DNA of 64,000 nucleotides from Pseudomonadota bacterium (lineage in GTDB: Bacteria; Pseudomonadota; Alphaproteobacteria; Dongiales; Dongiaceae). Below are positions 35,629-45,703 of this stretch, piece after piece; position 1 is the first letter of the stretch, and each line of letters starts with the position of its first letter. The notes beneath the pieces are model-generated. The model was given only the letters and a program-made list of their open reading frames with translations. It was not told where the DNA came from and searched no databases. The stretch is from positions 312,901 through 376,900 of the forward strand of contig JACPDN010000005.1 in the NCBI GenBank assembly GCA_016183985.1, read 5' to 3'. Position numbers and translations under genes: made by a program.

Positions 35629-36996
35629 ATGTCAACCGCGGCAAAGCGCGACAAGGTAATGGACTGGGAACCGGGCAAGCTGCCCAAGGTCGATTACGGC
35701 CAAGGCTGCTATATCATCGACACCGATGGCCGCCGCTATCTGGATGGTTCGGCTGGTCCGGCCGTCTATGCCCTGGGCCACGCGCATCCGGAGGTCAATG
35801 AGGCGATCAAGAAGCAGCTCGACCGCATCGCCCATGGCTATCGCTATACCTTCACCAGTGACTCGCTGGAGGAACTGACGGCCATCGTCGCCGAACGTTG
35901 CGGCGGCGGCCTCAAGAACATGACCTTCAACAGCAGCGGCTCCGAGGCCATCGAATCCGCAATCAAGATCGCGCTGCAATACCAGACGGCAATCGGGCAA
36001 AAGAGCCGGCGCCTGTTCATCAGCCGTGAGCGTTCGTGGCATGGCAATACCATGGGTGCCACGTCGATCTCAGGCTTTGCCGCCCGGCGCGCAGCTTTTG
36101 AAGGCGCGCTGATGCCCTCCAATCTCCTTTCCCCTGCCAATACCTATCGCCCGCCCTCTGGCTATCTCGCCAAAAACGCCGGGAAGATCGACCCGATCGA
36201 GGTTGGCCGCTATTGCGCCCAGGAATTGGAAGACAAGATCCTGGAGCTGGGTGCCGACCGCGTCGCCGCCTTCGTTTTCGAGCCGGTCGTCGGCGCTGCA
36301 GGTGGATGCGTCCCGGCCCCGCCGGGCTATGCCAAGCTGGTGCGCGATATCTGCGACAAATACGGCGTGCTGCTGATCGCCGACGAAGTGATGTGCGGGT
36401 CCGGCCGGACCGGCACCTGGCGTGCCCTCGCCCATGACGGTGTCGAGCCCGACATCATGACAGTCGCCAAAGGCCTCGGCGCCGGCTATGTGCCGCTGGG
36501 CGGTACGATTTATCACGACCGCCTCAAGAAGCCGATGTTCGCCAAGGATGGCGGGCTGTTAACCGGCCATACCTTTACGGGCCATACGCTGGCCTGCGCC
36601 GCAGCCGTCGCAGTACAGAAAGTTATCAGCCGCGACAGGTTGGTCGAAAAGGTGCATGACGACGGGATCCATTTCGAGCAGTTGTTGCGCAATGCCTTCG
36701 ACAAAAATGACAATGTCGGCGACGTGCGCGGTCGCGGCTTCTTCTGGGCGATCGAGATCGTGAAGGATCGCGGCAGCAAGATGCCGTTCGACCCTGCCCT
36801 TGCGGTCTATCAGCGTTTTCGTGACCGGTGCTTTGGCAATGGCCTCATCTGCTACCCTGTCGGCGGTAATGTAGACGGCAAAGCAGGAGACATTGCGATC
36901 TTCTCTCCGCCTTATATTGCGACGCGGGATGAACTCGCCACGATCGTCGATATCGCCAAGGCGAGCCTTGACCAAGTTCTGGCCGATATCGCGTGA
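35629..36996 (+). CDS. Class III aminotransferase (omega-amino acid/BioA-like family)
   Basis: RYLDGSAG, SSGSEAIE, SWHGNT, FEPVVGAAGG, IADEVMCGSGRTG, MTVAKGLGAGY, HTFTGH. Confidence 0.9.
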   Translation: MSTAAKRDKVMDWEPGKLPKVDYGQGCYIIDTDGRRYLDGSAGPAVYALGHAHPEVNEAIKKQLDRIAHGYRYTFTSDSLEELTAIVAERCGGGLKNMTFNSSGSEAIESAIKIALQYQTAIGQKSRRLFISRERSWHGNTMGATSISGFAARRAAFEGALMPSNLLSPANTYRPPSGYLAKNAGKIDPIEVGRYCAQELEDKILELGADRVAAFVFEPVVGAAGGCVPAPPGYAKLVRDICDKYGVLLIADEVMCGSGRTGTWRALAHDGVEPDIMTVAKGLGAGYVPLGGTIYHDRLKKPMFAKDGGLLTGHTFTGHTLACAAAVAVQKVISRDRLVEKVHDDGIHFEQLLRNAFDKNDNVGDVRGRGFFWAIEIVKDRGSKMPFDPALAVYQRFRDRCFGNGLICYPVGGNVDGKAGDIAIFSPPYIATRDELATIVDIAKASLDQVLADIA

Positions 36997-37089
36997 GAAA
37001 GTGGGCAGACAAACCGTTTCCGCGCATTTGTACACACGATGATGGAATGGCGGTCATCCTTTTTCAAGAAATCGCCTGTTATAGTAGTG

Positions 37090-37195
37090 GCGTGGCGGTT
37101 CTGGATATCCTTCCTGCAACCACCAGATGATTCCACGGACCATCTCGACCCCCTAGAGCAACTCGCCGGCATCCCCCGATGCCGGCGTTTCCTTT
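37090..37195 (+). ncRNA. Candidate ~100-nt small RNA or attenuator leader
   Basis: TATAGT -10 at 37080-37085; hairpin GGCGGTT/AACCACC with a TCCTTCC loop; terminator CGCCGGCATC/GATGCCGGCG + TTTCCTTTT. Confidence 0.35.
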
Positions 37196-37222
37196 TGCTG
37201 AGGGAAGGGTCATGATGACTGC

Positions 37223-37765
37223 ATGCAAGCCGACCAGGACAGGCCTATAGCCAGCATACGCCTCGCCCATGCCGAGGACGCGGCAGGCATCGCCGATATC
37301 CATGTCGAAAGCTGGCGTGACGCCTATGCAGGCCTACTCCCCGACAGCTATCTCGCCCATCTCGACCACCAGCGCCACACCATTGCCTGGACGCGCTCGC
37401 TGGCCGGCCCTGAAGAAAGGCGGCACACGCTGGTCGCGGTGATCGATGACGAAGTCGTCGGTTTTGCCACGTTCGGCCCGAGCCGCGACGGGTCGCCGGC
37501 CAGCGAGGGCGAGATCTATATGCTCTATGTCGCCACCGATTGGCGCGAGATGGGAATCGGCCGCCAGTTGGTCCAGGCCGCCTTCGTGGCACTGTGGGAA
37601 TATGATAAGCGGACCGCGAGCATCTGGTGCCTGGCCGAGAATGCCGCTGCCGTCGGCTTCTACGAGCGCATGGGCGGCAAGCGCATCGCCGCACCGCGCG
37701 AGGAACGCGTCGGGGGCGCATGTTTCGAGGTACTCGGCTTCAGATGGACAATCGGCCGGTCCTAG
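37223..37765 (+). CDS. GNAT N-acetyltransferase
   Basis: IHVESWRDAYAGLLP, GEIYMLYV, MGIGRQL, ENAAAVGFYERMGG. Confidence 0.88.
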   Translation: MQADQDRPIASIRLAHAEDAAGIADIHVESWRDAYAGLLPDSYLAHLDHQRHTIAWTRSLAGPEERRHTLVAVIDDEVVGFATFGPSRDGSPASEGEIYMLYVATDWREMGIGRQLVQAAFVALWEYDKRTASIWCLAENAAAVGFYERMGGKRIAAPREERVGGACFEVLGFRWTIGRS

Positions 37766-37784
37766 GCCAACTGACCGCAACAGG

Positions 37785-38114
37785 TCACTCGGATATTTCG
37801 AGCTGCAAATTCATGCCCGGATGAAAGCGGCAATAGACGGCGACCATACCTGCATGCGCGAGAACGACGCTGGCCTCTGCATTGGGCGGTAGATCGACAT
37901 CAAAGGAGAAATCGCGCGCGGTCGCCGTATGGCGAAAGAGATCGCGATTGATCCAGACGATTGTGTCGCCGACCTGCAGGCCCTTCGGTGCAGGGCCAAA
38001 CGTCATTCTGGCCAGGATGATTTCCTGCCGACGACCGGCAGCCCATGCGAGCGGCGGCGGCAGGATCGCCACCGCCGCCCCAGCCAATATGTCGCGCCGG
38101 GAGAAAGGCTGCAT
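37785..38114 (-). CDS. Cupredoxin (amicyanin/plastocyanin-like) with Tat-like signal
   Basis: SRRDIL; GDTIVWIN, HTATA and YCRFHPGM type-1 copper ligands. Confidence 0.88.
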   Translation of the reverse strand: MQPFSRRDILAGAAVAILPPPLAWAAGRRQEIILARMTFGPAPKGLQVGDTIVWINRDLFRHTATARDFSFDVDLPPNAEASVVLAHAGMVAVYCRFHPGMNLQLEISE

Positions 38115-38116
38115 GG

Positions 38117-38650
38117 TTACTTCACCATATCGGCCAGATGCTCCGCATGGGCTTGATGCTCCTGGAACAAGGTCAGACCGGTCTCCAGCAGCGCCTTGAG
38201 CTCGGCATTATGCGCGCCGGGGATCAGCGCATTCCGCAAGGCATCGTTGACGCTGCGATGATAGCCGACTTCGTTCTCGACATAGGCATGGTCGAATTCA
38301 GCACCGGACAACGCTTCAAGCCGTGCCGTGGTTTCTGTGGCCTGCTTGGCCAGTGCCGCGCTGGTGTCATTCTCCTCCGGCGTGACATTGAGACGTTTGA
38401 CCAAAGCGAGCGCCTGATCGTTCACCGCGGCGTGATCGCGTGCCATCAATTCGGCGAATGCGCGCACATCGGCATTCCCGGTTTTCTTTAGCGCCAATTG
38501 TGCCGCCTCAATGTCGATTTGCCCCGCCGTGTAAGCGATATGAGCAATCTGCGGGTCGGTAAGCGCGGCATCCTGGGCCAACGCCGGACATGCCGCAACT
38601 GCGGACGCCATGGCAGCGACGATGCCGACAATGAGTGTATTTCTAAGCAT
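38117..38650 (-). CDS. DUF4142 (ferritin-like fold) secreted protein
   Basis: LTDPQIAHIAYTAGQIDIEAA, FAELMARDH, FDHAYVENEVGYH; start at MLRNT with GAGGAG RBS. Confidence 0.85.
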   Translation of the reverse strand: MLRNTLIVGIVAAMASAVAACPALAQDAALTDPQIAHIAYTAGQIDIEAAQLALKKTGNADVRAFAELMARDHAAVNDQALALVKRLNVTPEENDTSAALAKQATETTARLEALSGAEFDHAYVENEVGYHRSVNDALRNALIPGAHNAELKALLETGLTLFQEHQAHAEHLADMVK

Positions 38651-38698
38651 GATGCTCCTCCACATGAAGGGGGCCGTTTGCGGCCCCGTGACATGGGA

Positions 38699-38727
38699 TT
38701 GGATGGTATCGGCCCACAAAAGGTTCC
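38699..38727 (-). promoter_or_regulatory. ECF promoter GGAACC-N16-CATCCAA driving DUF4142-cupredoxin
   Basis: Minus strand GGAACC TTTTGTGGGCCGATAC CATCCAA. Confidence 0.7.
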
Positions 38728-38753
38728 CGGCCGATATAGCGATAAAATCGTCC

Positions 38754-38781
38754 GGAACCTTTTGCCGGCCCTGGCATCCAA
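38754..38781 (+). promoter_or_regulatory. ECF promoter GGAACC-N15-CATCCAA driving the sigma gene
   Basis: GGAACC TTTTGCCGGCCCTGG CATCCAA; twin of the divergent copy. Confidence 0.7.
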
Positions 38782-38805
38782 TGTTCGTTTGCAGGAGAAT
38801 GCGCC

Positions 38806-39507
38806 ATGGCGGAAATGGACAGCAGGCAGGCGAACGATTTCGCGGCGATGACTGAGGCAGAGCTGGTTACCCAGGCGCGACAAGGCCGGCGTGAGGCCTT
38901 TCGCGCCATCATGCAGGGAAATAATCAGCGCCTGTTCCGCGTCGCACGAGGGATCGTTACAGACGACAGCGAGGCTGAGGACGTCGTGCAGGAATCCTAT
39001 CTGCGGGCCTTTGCCGCCCTGGAATCATTCCGCGGCGAATCCAGCCTGCTGACCTGGCTGACGCGGATCACCATCAACGAAGCGCGGGGGCGTCTCAGGC
39101 GCCGTCGACCAATGGTCGACCTCGACGCCATAGAAGCCGCGCAGTCGGCGGAAGGATTGGTGGTCGCCTTTCCGAACGGGCAACCGATGGAAAACCCTGA
39201 GGCCGCGTTGGCGCGCGTTCAGATTCGCCTGCTTATTGAGCAAGCTATCGATACTTTGCCCGAAGCCTTTCGCTTGGTTTTCATTCTGCGCGAAGTGCAG
39301 GATTGTTCGGTTCAAGAAACGGCCGAGTTGTTGGGTATCAAGGAAGAGACCGTCAAGACGCGGCACCATCGCGCCCGCAGGCAACTACGCGCGGCACTGG
39401 ACGAAAGTCTTGCCAACGCAATGCAAGGCACTTTCCCGTTTCTTGGCAGCCGCTGCGAGCGCATCACCGCAACGGTTCTCGACCGGCTGTATCCCTACGC
39501 CGGCTAA
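38806..39507 (+). CDS. ECF sigma factor with C-terminal FPFxGxRCE extension
   Basis: AEDVVQESYLRAF, TWLTRITINEA, region 4 LPEAFRLVFILRE...TVKTRHHRARRQL; FPFLGSRCERIT. Confidence 0.92.
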   Translation: MAEMDSRQANDFAAMTEAELVTQARQGRREAFRAIMQGNNQRLFRVARGIVTDDSEAEDVVQESYLRAFAALESFRGESSLLTWLTRITINEARGRLRRRRPMVDLDAIEAAQSAEGLVVAFPNGQPMENPEAALARVQIRLLIEQAIDTLPEAFRLVFILREVQDCSVQETAELLGIKEETVKTRHHRARRQLRAALDESLANAMQGTFPFLGSRCERITATVLDRLYPYAG

Positions 39508-39532
39508 ATCTGCATGCAAGGTAGATAGGAAA

Positions 39533-39608
39533 TGGTGGGCGATGACGGACTCGAACCGCCGACATTCTCGGTGTAAACGAGACGCTCTACCAACTGAGCT
39601 AATCGCCC
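39533..39608 (-). tRNA. tRNA-Val(TAC)
   Basis: GGGCGATTAGCTCAGTTGGTAGAGCGTCTCGTTTACACCGAGAATGTCGGCGGTTCGAGTCCGTCATCGCCCACCA; 76 nt with encoded CCA. Confidence 0.97.
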
Positions 39609-39655
39609 CCAGGCCGCAGACTCTTCTGAAGAGTCTGCTCCGGTAGGTCTGGAAC

Positions 39656-39928
39656 TTAATTAATAGCGTCTTTGAGACCTTTGCCAGCCTTAAACTTCGG
39701 CTGCTTGGACGCAGGGATCTGAATCTCTTCGCCCGTGCGCGGGTTGCGGCCGACACTGGCCTCGCGCTTGGCGACATGGAAGTTGCCGAAGCCAACCAAA
39801 CGCACTTCCTGTTCGGCCTTCAGCGAGCGCGTAATAGCGTCGAACACAGAATCGACGGCCTTGGCGGCATCAGCCTTGGAGAGGCCGGTCTCCTGCGAGA
39901 CTTCGGCGATGAGATCATTCTTATTCAC
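39656..39928 (-). CDS. hupB: HU DNA-binding protein
   Basis: MNKNDLI, VRLVGFGNF, GRNPRTGEEIQIPA. Confidence 0.97.
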   Translation of the reverse strand: MNKNDLIAEVSQETGLSKADAAKAVDSVFDAITRSLKAEQEVRLVGFGNFHVAKREASVGRNPRTGEEIQIPASKQPKFKAGKGLKDAIN

Positions 39929-40021
39929 GGGAAACCCCTTTTCTTACTGGATCGGTCAAACCTGCTCGCCCATCCCCGCAAGAAGGCGCGCGGATATTAG
40001 AACCGGGTCGATCCAAAAATC

Positions 40022-40061
40022 AATCGCGGCGCCAGGAGTTTTTCATCCCGGCGCCGCGATT
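40022..40061 (-). terminator. Stem-loop terminator after lon
   Basis: AATCGCGGCGCC / GGCGCCGCGATT followed by GATTTTT on the minus strand. Confidence 0.7.
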
Positions 40062-40085
40062 TAATTGAGATAAATCAGCGTTGGA

Positions 40086-42497
40086 TCAATGGGTCACTAT
40101 GCCGCCGACCTCATCCTCCCCGTCCTTTTTGACGGTGTGGTCGACTTCGGGCGGCTCAACCCACTCGATCGGCGTCAAGGGATTGACGAGGGCGTTCTTC
40201 AGCACTTCGTCCACCGCCTGTACCGGAATGATTTTGAGGCCCTTCTTTACATTCTCCGGAATGTCGGCCAGATCCTTTTCATTCTCGTTCGGGATCAGCA
40301 CCGTCTTGATTCCGGCGCGAAGCGCCGCCAGCAGCTTTTCCTTCAAGCCGCCGATCGGCAGTACACGGCCGCGCAAAGTAACCTCGCCCGTCATCGCCAC
40401 ATCGCGGCGCACCGGATTGCCGGTCAGCACCGAGACGATCGTGGTGACCATGGCGATGCCGGCTGACGGACCGTCCTTGGGCGTCGCGCCTTCCGGCACG
40501 TGCACATGGATGTCCTTACGGTTGAAGAGCGTCGGCTTGATGCCGAATTCAACCGCACGGGACTTCACGAAAGATTCCGCGGCCTGCACCGATTCCTTCA
40601 TCACGTCGCCGAGCTTACCGGTCGCGATCACACGACCCTTGCCGGGCACAGTCACAGCCTCGATGGTGAGAATCTCACCGCCGACTTCGGTCCAGGCGAG
40701 ACCGGTCGTGACGCCAACCATATCGGTTGTTTCCGCTTCACCGTAGCGGAACTTGCGCACGCCAGCATACTTACCGAGGTTGCGACGGCTGATCGACACT
40801 TTTTTGAGATCCTTCATCAAGATCTCTTTGATCGACTTGCGTGCCAGATTGGCAATCTCGCGCTCAAGGTTGCGCACACCGGCTTCGCGCGTGTAGTAGC
40901 GCACGAGGTCGCGAATGGCGTCTTCCGAAAGGAGCCACTCGCCTTTCTTCAGACCATGGTCCTTGACCTGCTTGGGCACCAGATGGCGCATCGCGATCTC
41001 GACCTTTTCATCCTCGGTGTAGCCGGGGATGCGGATGATCTCCATGCGGTCCAGAAGCGGCTGCGCCATGCGCAGGCTGTTGGCCGTGGTAATGAACATG
41101 ACATCCGACAGGTCGTAATCAACTTCGAGGTAGTGATCGTTGAAGTTGACGTTCTGCTCGGGGTCCAGAACCTCAAGCAGCGCCGCCGACGGATCGCCAC
41201 GATAATCCGAGCCCATCTTGTCGATTTCGTCCAAGAGGAACAGCGGGTTCGATGACTTCGCCTTCTTCATCGCCTGAACGATCTTGCCCGGCATGGAGCC
41301 GATATAGGTCCGGCGGTGACCGCGGATTTCGGCTTCGTCGCGCACGCCGCCAAGGCTGATACGCGAGAAGGTACGACCCGTCGCACGCGCAATCGATTTG
41401 CCAAGCGAGGTCTTGCCGACACCCGGAGGGCCGACCAAGCACAGGATCGGGCCCTTGATCTTCTTCTGGCGCTGCTGCACGGCCAAGTATTCAAGGATGC
41501 GTTCCTTGACCTTCTCAAGACCGTAATGGTCTTCGTTCAGCACCTTCTCGGCGAGCTTGATGTCGCGCTTGATCTTGGTCGGCTTGTTCCATGGAATGGA
41601 AAGCAGCCAGTCGAGATAATTGCGCACGACCGTTGCTTCAGCCGACATGGGGCTCATGGTGCGAAGCTTCTTCACCTCGGCCATCGCCTTTTCAGCGGCT
41701 TCCTTGGAGAACTTGGTCTTCTTGATCTTGTCTTCGATTTCGGCCACTTCGTCGCGGCCTTCCTCGCCCTCGCCGAGTTCCTTCTGAATGGCCTTCATCT
41801 GCTCATTCAAATAGTACTCGCGCTGGGTCTTCTCCATCTGACGCTTGACGCGGCTGCGGATGCGCTTTTCGACTTGGAGCACGCCGATCTCGCCTTCCAT
41901 GAAGGCATAGACCTTTTCCAGGCGCTCAGCGACTGTCGCGCATTCCAGGATTTCCTGCTTCTCTGGAATCTTGAGGGCGAGATGCGATGCCACCGTATCG
42001 GCAAGCTTCGCCGCGTCTTCGATCTGGTTGATCGAGACCAAGACCTCCGGCGGAATCTTCTTGTTGAGTTTGATGTATTGCTCGAATTGGGAAACGACCG
42101 AACGCGCGAGCGCCTCAATCTCCTTCCCTTCGGCCTGGGCGTCGACGACGAGCGCCGCTTCCGCAATGAAGAAGGTTTCGTTATCGACAAACTTCGTGAT
42201 ACGGGCGCGCTGGCCACCTTCGACCAGCACCTTCACCGTGCCGTCGGGGAGCTTCAGGAGCTGTAGAACGGTACCGACGGTGCCGACCTCGTAGATGTCG
42301 CCGGCGCCAGGGTCATCCTGCGCGGCGTTCTTCTGGGTGGCCAAGAGGATCTGCTTGTCCTCCTTCATCACGTCTTCGAGGGCGCGGACAGATTTCTCGC
42401 GGCCAACGAAGAGCGGCACGATCATGTGTGGGAACACGACGATGTCGCGCAAGGGGAGGACTGGGTAGTTCTGGGTCTTCGGCGTTGTGTCAGACAT
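40086..42497 (-). CDS. lon: ATP-dependent protease La
   Basis: PVLPLRDIVVFP, GPPGVGKTS, LLDEIDK, PKDGPSAG, IGGLKEKLLAA. Confidence 0.98.
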   Translation of the reverse strand: MSDTTPKTQNYPVLPLRDIVVFPHMIVPLFVGREKSVRALEDVMKEDKQILLATQKNAAQDDPGAGDIYEVGTVGTVLQLLKLPDGTVKVLVEGGQRARITKFVDNETFFIAEAALVVDAQAEGKEIEALARSVVSQFEQYIKLNKKIPPEVLVSINQIEDAAKLADTVASHLALKIPEKQEILECATVAERLEKVYAFMEGEIGVLQVEKRIRSRVKRQMEKTQREYYLNEQMKAIQKELGEGEEGRDEVAEIEDKIKKTKFSKEAAEKAMAEVKKLRTMSPMSAEATVVRNYLDWLLSIPWNKPTKIKRDIKLAEKVLNEDHYGLEKVKERILEYLAVQQRQKKIKGPILCLVGPPGVGKTSLGKSIARATGRTFSRISLGGVRDEAEIRGHRRTYIGSMPGKIVQAMKKAKSSNPLFLLDEIDKMGSDYRGDPSAALLEVLDPEQNVNFNDHYLEVDYDLSDVMFITTANSLRMAQPLLDRMEIIRIPGYTEDEKVEIAMRHLVPKQVKDHGLKKGEWLLSEDAIRDLVRYYTREAGVRNLEREIANLARKSIKEILMKDLKKVSISRRNLGKYAGVRKFRYGEAETTDMVGVTTGLAWTEVGGEILTIEAVTVPGKGRVIATGKLGDVMKESVQAAESFVKSRAVEFGIKPTLFNRKDIHVHVPEGATPKDGPSAGIAMVTTIVSVLTGNPVRRDVAMTGEVTLRGRVLPIGGLKEKLLAALRAGIKTVLIPNENEKDLADIPENVKKGLKIIPVQAVDEVLKNALVNPLTPIEWVEPPEVDHTVKKDGEDEVGGIVTH

Positions 42498-42655
42498 GAT
42501 AGGTTTTTGCGCCTTTCTCGATAAGCAGCAGACTAGCCCCTGGGACCTGCGACCCGCAACCGCGCAACCGCTAGCCTCACTCGTTCAAGCACGGAACAAT
42601 CAGGCGCACCGTGACCTCGAACTCTCGGGAAGAAAGTACCGCCCTTCCGTTAACA

Positions 42656-42684
42656 ATCTGGTCAATCCTTAACGTGCATTCAAG
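42656..42684 (-). promoter_or_regulatory. Candidate RpoH promoter for lon, CTTGAA-N17-CCAGAT
   Basis: Resembles the alphaproteobacterial sigma32 consensus; ~160 bp upstream of lon. Confidence 0.4.
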
Positions 42685-42859
42685 GGGCACGCTGTCGATA
42701 GCCCAGTGCATTGGAATCACGGTCTATTTTGCCAAGCAATTTGCGGGCCGCGGAGATCAAACCCGACGACTCCGATGGCAAAGCGCGCAGTACTATCCTT
42801 CAAACAGAAGGCGTAAGCGGGAGCTATTTCACTGTAACGCGCAGTTAATTCGGGGGATT

Positions 42860-43312
42860 TTACCGAACACTCGGCCCATAGAGCTGCCGCGCACGACTCT
42901 CGAATGCCGCCACCATGCGCTTCACCGCTTCATGAAACAGCACGCCGATCAGCTTTTGCAGCATGGCGGATTTGAATTCGAACTCGAGATAAAAGCCGAC
43001 CCGGCACTGGCCGTTCCCGATATCGACGAAGGTCCAGTGATTCTTCAGATAGCGAAATGGCCCATCGACGAACTCCACATCGATCCGCTTTTCCTGTCGG
43101 TTGAGCCAGACCTTGCTGGTGAACTTCTCGCGCACCATTTTGAAGCCGATCATCAGATCGGCCAGCACCATATCGGGGCGCTGCTCGCGAATACGGGCGC
43201 CCGTGCACCAGGGCAGAAACTCGGGGTACTTCCCGACATCCGCGACCAGATCGAAAATCTGGTCGGCGCTATAAGGAAAAAGCCGATCTTCGGTATGGAT
43301 ACGCGCGGTCAT
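42860..43312 (-). CDS. ratA: RatA/Coq10 START-domain (polyketide cyclase-like) protein
   Basis: YSADQIFDLVADVGKYPEFLPWC, GPFRYLKNHW, LEFEFKS; follows lipA as usual in Alphaproteobacteria. Confidence 0.9.
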   Translation of the reverse strand: MTARIHTEDRLFPYSADQIFDLVADVGKYPEFLPWCTGARIREQRPDMVLADLMIGFKMVREKFTSKVWLNRQEKRIDVEFVDGPFRYLKNHWTFVDIGNGQCRVGFYLEFEFKSAMLQKLIGVLFHEAVKRMVAAFESRARQLYGPSVR

Positions 43313-43325
43313 GCCAAAAGCGATA

Positions 43326-44270
43326 TCAGCTTGCCGCCGCCAATTGTGCTTCACGCGCGGCACGCAAGCGCTCGAAATCCTCGCCGGCATGATGCGACGA
43401 CCGCGTCAGCGGCGACGACGCCACGAGCAGGAAGCCCTTGCCCTGCCCCATCCGCTTCATCTGGCCGAACTCGGCGGGGGTGACAAACCGATCGACATGG
43501 TGATGCTTGCGGGTCGGCTGCAGATATTGGCCGATGGTCATGAAATCGACCTCGGCCGCACGCAGGTCGTCCATTACCTGTCCCACTTCCTCCAGTGTCT
43601 CGCCCAGTCCCACCATGATGCCGGACTTGGTGAAGAGCGACGGATTGATCTCCTTGGCACGGTTCAAGAGGCGCAGCGAATTGTAGTAGCGCGCACCCGG
43701 TCGCACATTGCGATAGAGCCGCGGAACGGTTTCGAGATTGTGATTGAAGACGTCGGGTGCGGCGTTAGCAACGATCTCGATCGAGCCTGGCTTACGCAAA
43801 AAGTCCGGCGTCAGTACCTCGATCGTGGTCGAGGGCGTCAACGCACGGATGCGCTTGATGGTCTCGGCGAAATGGGCAGCGCCGCCGTCCTCAAGGTCGT
43901 CACGATCGACCGAGGTGATGACGATGTGCTTGAGCCCCATTCCCGCACAGGCCTCGGCAACATGAGCCGGCTCATGGGGATCGAGCTTGTCTGGCCGGCC
44001 CGTTGCGACATTGCAGAAAGCGCAGGCCCGCGTGCAGACCGACCCCAGAATCATCACGGTCGCATGTTTCTGCGACCAGCATTCGCCAATGTTCGGACAT
44101 GCGGCCTCCTCGCACACGGTGTTGAGGCCGAGCTTACGCATCAAGTTGCGGGTGTTGTTGTATTCCTCGCCGCCCGGTGCCTTGACGCGGATCCAATCCG
44201 GCTTGCGCAGGACAGGCGTATCCGGCCGTTTGGCCTTTTCGGGATGGCGGAGTTCCGGTGTCGCCGTCAC
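43326..44270 (-). CDS. lipA: Lipoyl synthase
   Basis: [40 protein letters not shown]; GTG start with AAGGAAG RBS. Confidence 0.97.
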   Translation of the reverse strand: MTATPELRHPEKAKRPDTPVLRKPDWIRVKAPGGEEYNNTRNLMRKLGLNTVCEEAACPNIGECWSQKHATVMILGSVCTRACAFCNVATGRPDKLDPHEPAHVAEACAGMGLKHIVITSVDRDDLEDGGAAHFAETIKRIRALTPSTTIEVLTPDFLRKPGSIEIVANAAPDVFNHNLETVPRLYRNVRPGARYYNSLRLLNRAKEINPSLFTKSGIMVGLGETLEEVGQVMDDLRAAEVDFMTIGQYLQPTRKHHHVDRFVTPAEFGQMKRMGQGKGFLLVASSPLTRSSHHAGEDFERLRAAREAQLAAAS

Positions 44271-44289
44271 GGTGCTTCTTCCTTTGCCG

Positions 44290-45690
44290 CTAGATATGGA
44301 TCGCCCGGCCATAGGCCGCAAGGACGCTCTCATGCATCATCTCAGAGAGGGTCGGATGCGGGAAGACCGTGTGCATGAGTTCGGCCTCGGTCGTCTCAAG
44401 GGTCCGGGCGACCGTGTAGCCCTGGATGAGCTCGGTCACTTCGGCGCCGATCATATGGGCGCCGAGGAGTTCGCCGGTCTTGGCATCGAAGACCGTCTTA
44501 ACCAGACCTTCAGGTTCGCCCAGGGCAATGGCCTTGCCGTTACCGATGAAGGGGAATCGGCCGACCTTGACCTCGTAGCCCTTATCCTTGGCGGCCTGCT
44601 CGGTGAGGCCCACCGAGGCCACCTGTGGCATGCAATAGGTGCAGCCGGGGATGTTCCGGGTGTCGAGCGGGTGCACGTCTTTGACGCCGGCGATTTTCTC
44701 GACGCAGATGACGCCTTCATGGCTGGCCTTATGCGCCAGCCACGGCGCACCGGTGAGATCGCCGATCGCATAGACGCCCGGCTCGCCGGTGGCGCCGTAG
44801 CCGTCGGTAACGATGTGGGTCTTTTCGACCTTCACCTTGGTCCCTTCGAGGCCCAGATTCTCGACATTGCCGACGATGCCGACCGCGAGGATGACGCGAT
44901 CGAAGGTCTGGTCCTCAGCCTTGCCGCCAACCTCGATCGTCGCGGTCACATTGTCGGCGCCCTTCTTGAAGGCCTTCACATTGGCGCCGGTCATGATCTT
45001 CATGCCCTGCTTCTCGAAGGACTTCTGGGCGAAGGCCGAAATTTCGGAATCCTCAACGGGCAAGATGCGCGGCATCACCTCGACCACCGTCACCTTGGCG
45101 CCCAGATTGTGATAGAAGCTCGCAAACTCGATGCCAATGGCGCCGGAACCGACCACCAGCAGCGATTTCGGCATGACGGTCGGCACCATCGCTTCCTTAT
45201 AGGTCCAGATGAGCTTGCCGTCGGGCTCAAGCCCGGGGAAGACGCGCGCTCGCGCGCCAGTCGCGAGAATGATGTTCTTGGCCGCGAGATCTGCAACCGC
45301 CTTGCCATCCTTCTCGACCTTCACTTTGCCGGTGCCAGCAAGCTTGCCCTGGCCATCGAAAACCGTGACCTTGTTCTTCTTCAGCAGGTGCTTGACGCCG
45401 TTCGACAGCTGGCTTGCTACCTTGCGTGAGCGGTCGACGATCTTGGCAAGATCGAAGGTCACATTGCTCGCCGAGAAACCATAGGCGTCGGCGTGTTTAA
45501 GGAGATGACCGACCTCGGCCGAGCGCAGCAATGCCTTGGTCGGAATGCAGCCCCAATTAAGACAGATGCCGCCCAGATGTTCGCGCTCAACGACCGCGGT
45601 CTTCAACCCCAGCTGTGCCGCGCGAATGGCGGCCACATAACCACCCGGGCCACCACCGATTACGACGACATCGAAAGACGTATCCGACAT
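44290..45690 (-). CDS. lpdA: Dihydrolipoyl dehydrogenase (E3)
   Basis: [26 protein letters not shown]. Confidence 0.97.
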   Translation of the reverse strand: MSDTSFDVVVIGGGPGGYVAAIRAAQLGLKTAVVEREHLGGICLNWGCIPTKALLRSAEVGHLLKHADAYGFSASNVTFDLAKIVDRSRKVASQLSNGVKHLLKKNKVTVFDGQGKLAGTGKVKVEKDGKAVADLAAKNIILATGARARVFPGLEPDGKLIWTYKEAMVPTVMPKSLLVVGSGAIGIEFASFYHNLGAKVTVVEVMPRILPVEDSEISAFAQKSFEKQGMKIMTGANVKAFKKGADNVTATIEVGGKAEDQTFDRVILAVGIVGNVENLGLEGTKVKVEKTHIVTDGYGATGEPGVYAIGDLTGAPWLAHKASHEGVICVEKIAGVKDVHPLDTRNIPGCTYCMPQVASVGLTEQAAKDKGYEVKVGRFPFIGNGKAIALGEPEGLVKTVFDAKTGELLGAHMIGAEVTELIQGYTVARTLETTEAELMHTVFPHPTLSEMMHESVLAAYGRAIHI

Positions 45691-45703
45691 TGCGAGCTTC
45701 CCT

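Noticed and set aside
39533-39608. tRNA-Val as an attachment site for an island
   Set aside because: I found no duplicate of the tRNA 3' end and no integrase in the window; GTGGGCGATG near 17003 is a short match inside a gene.
18993-42675. Two TTAA-N15-TTAA spacings (near 19000 and 42650)
   Set aside because: The spacing is not the CtrA N7 and there are only two instances; probably chance in AT-rich promoters.
42860-43312. RatA as a toxin-antitoxin system
   Set aside because: No ratB partner; the lipA-linked Coq10-like protein is a housekeeping ubiquinone-related factor.
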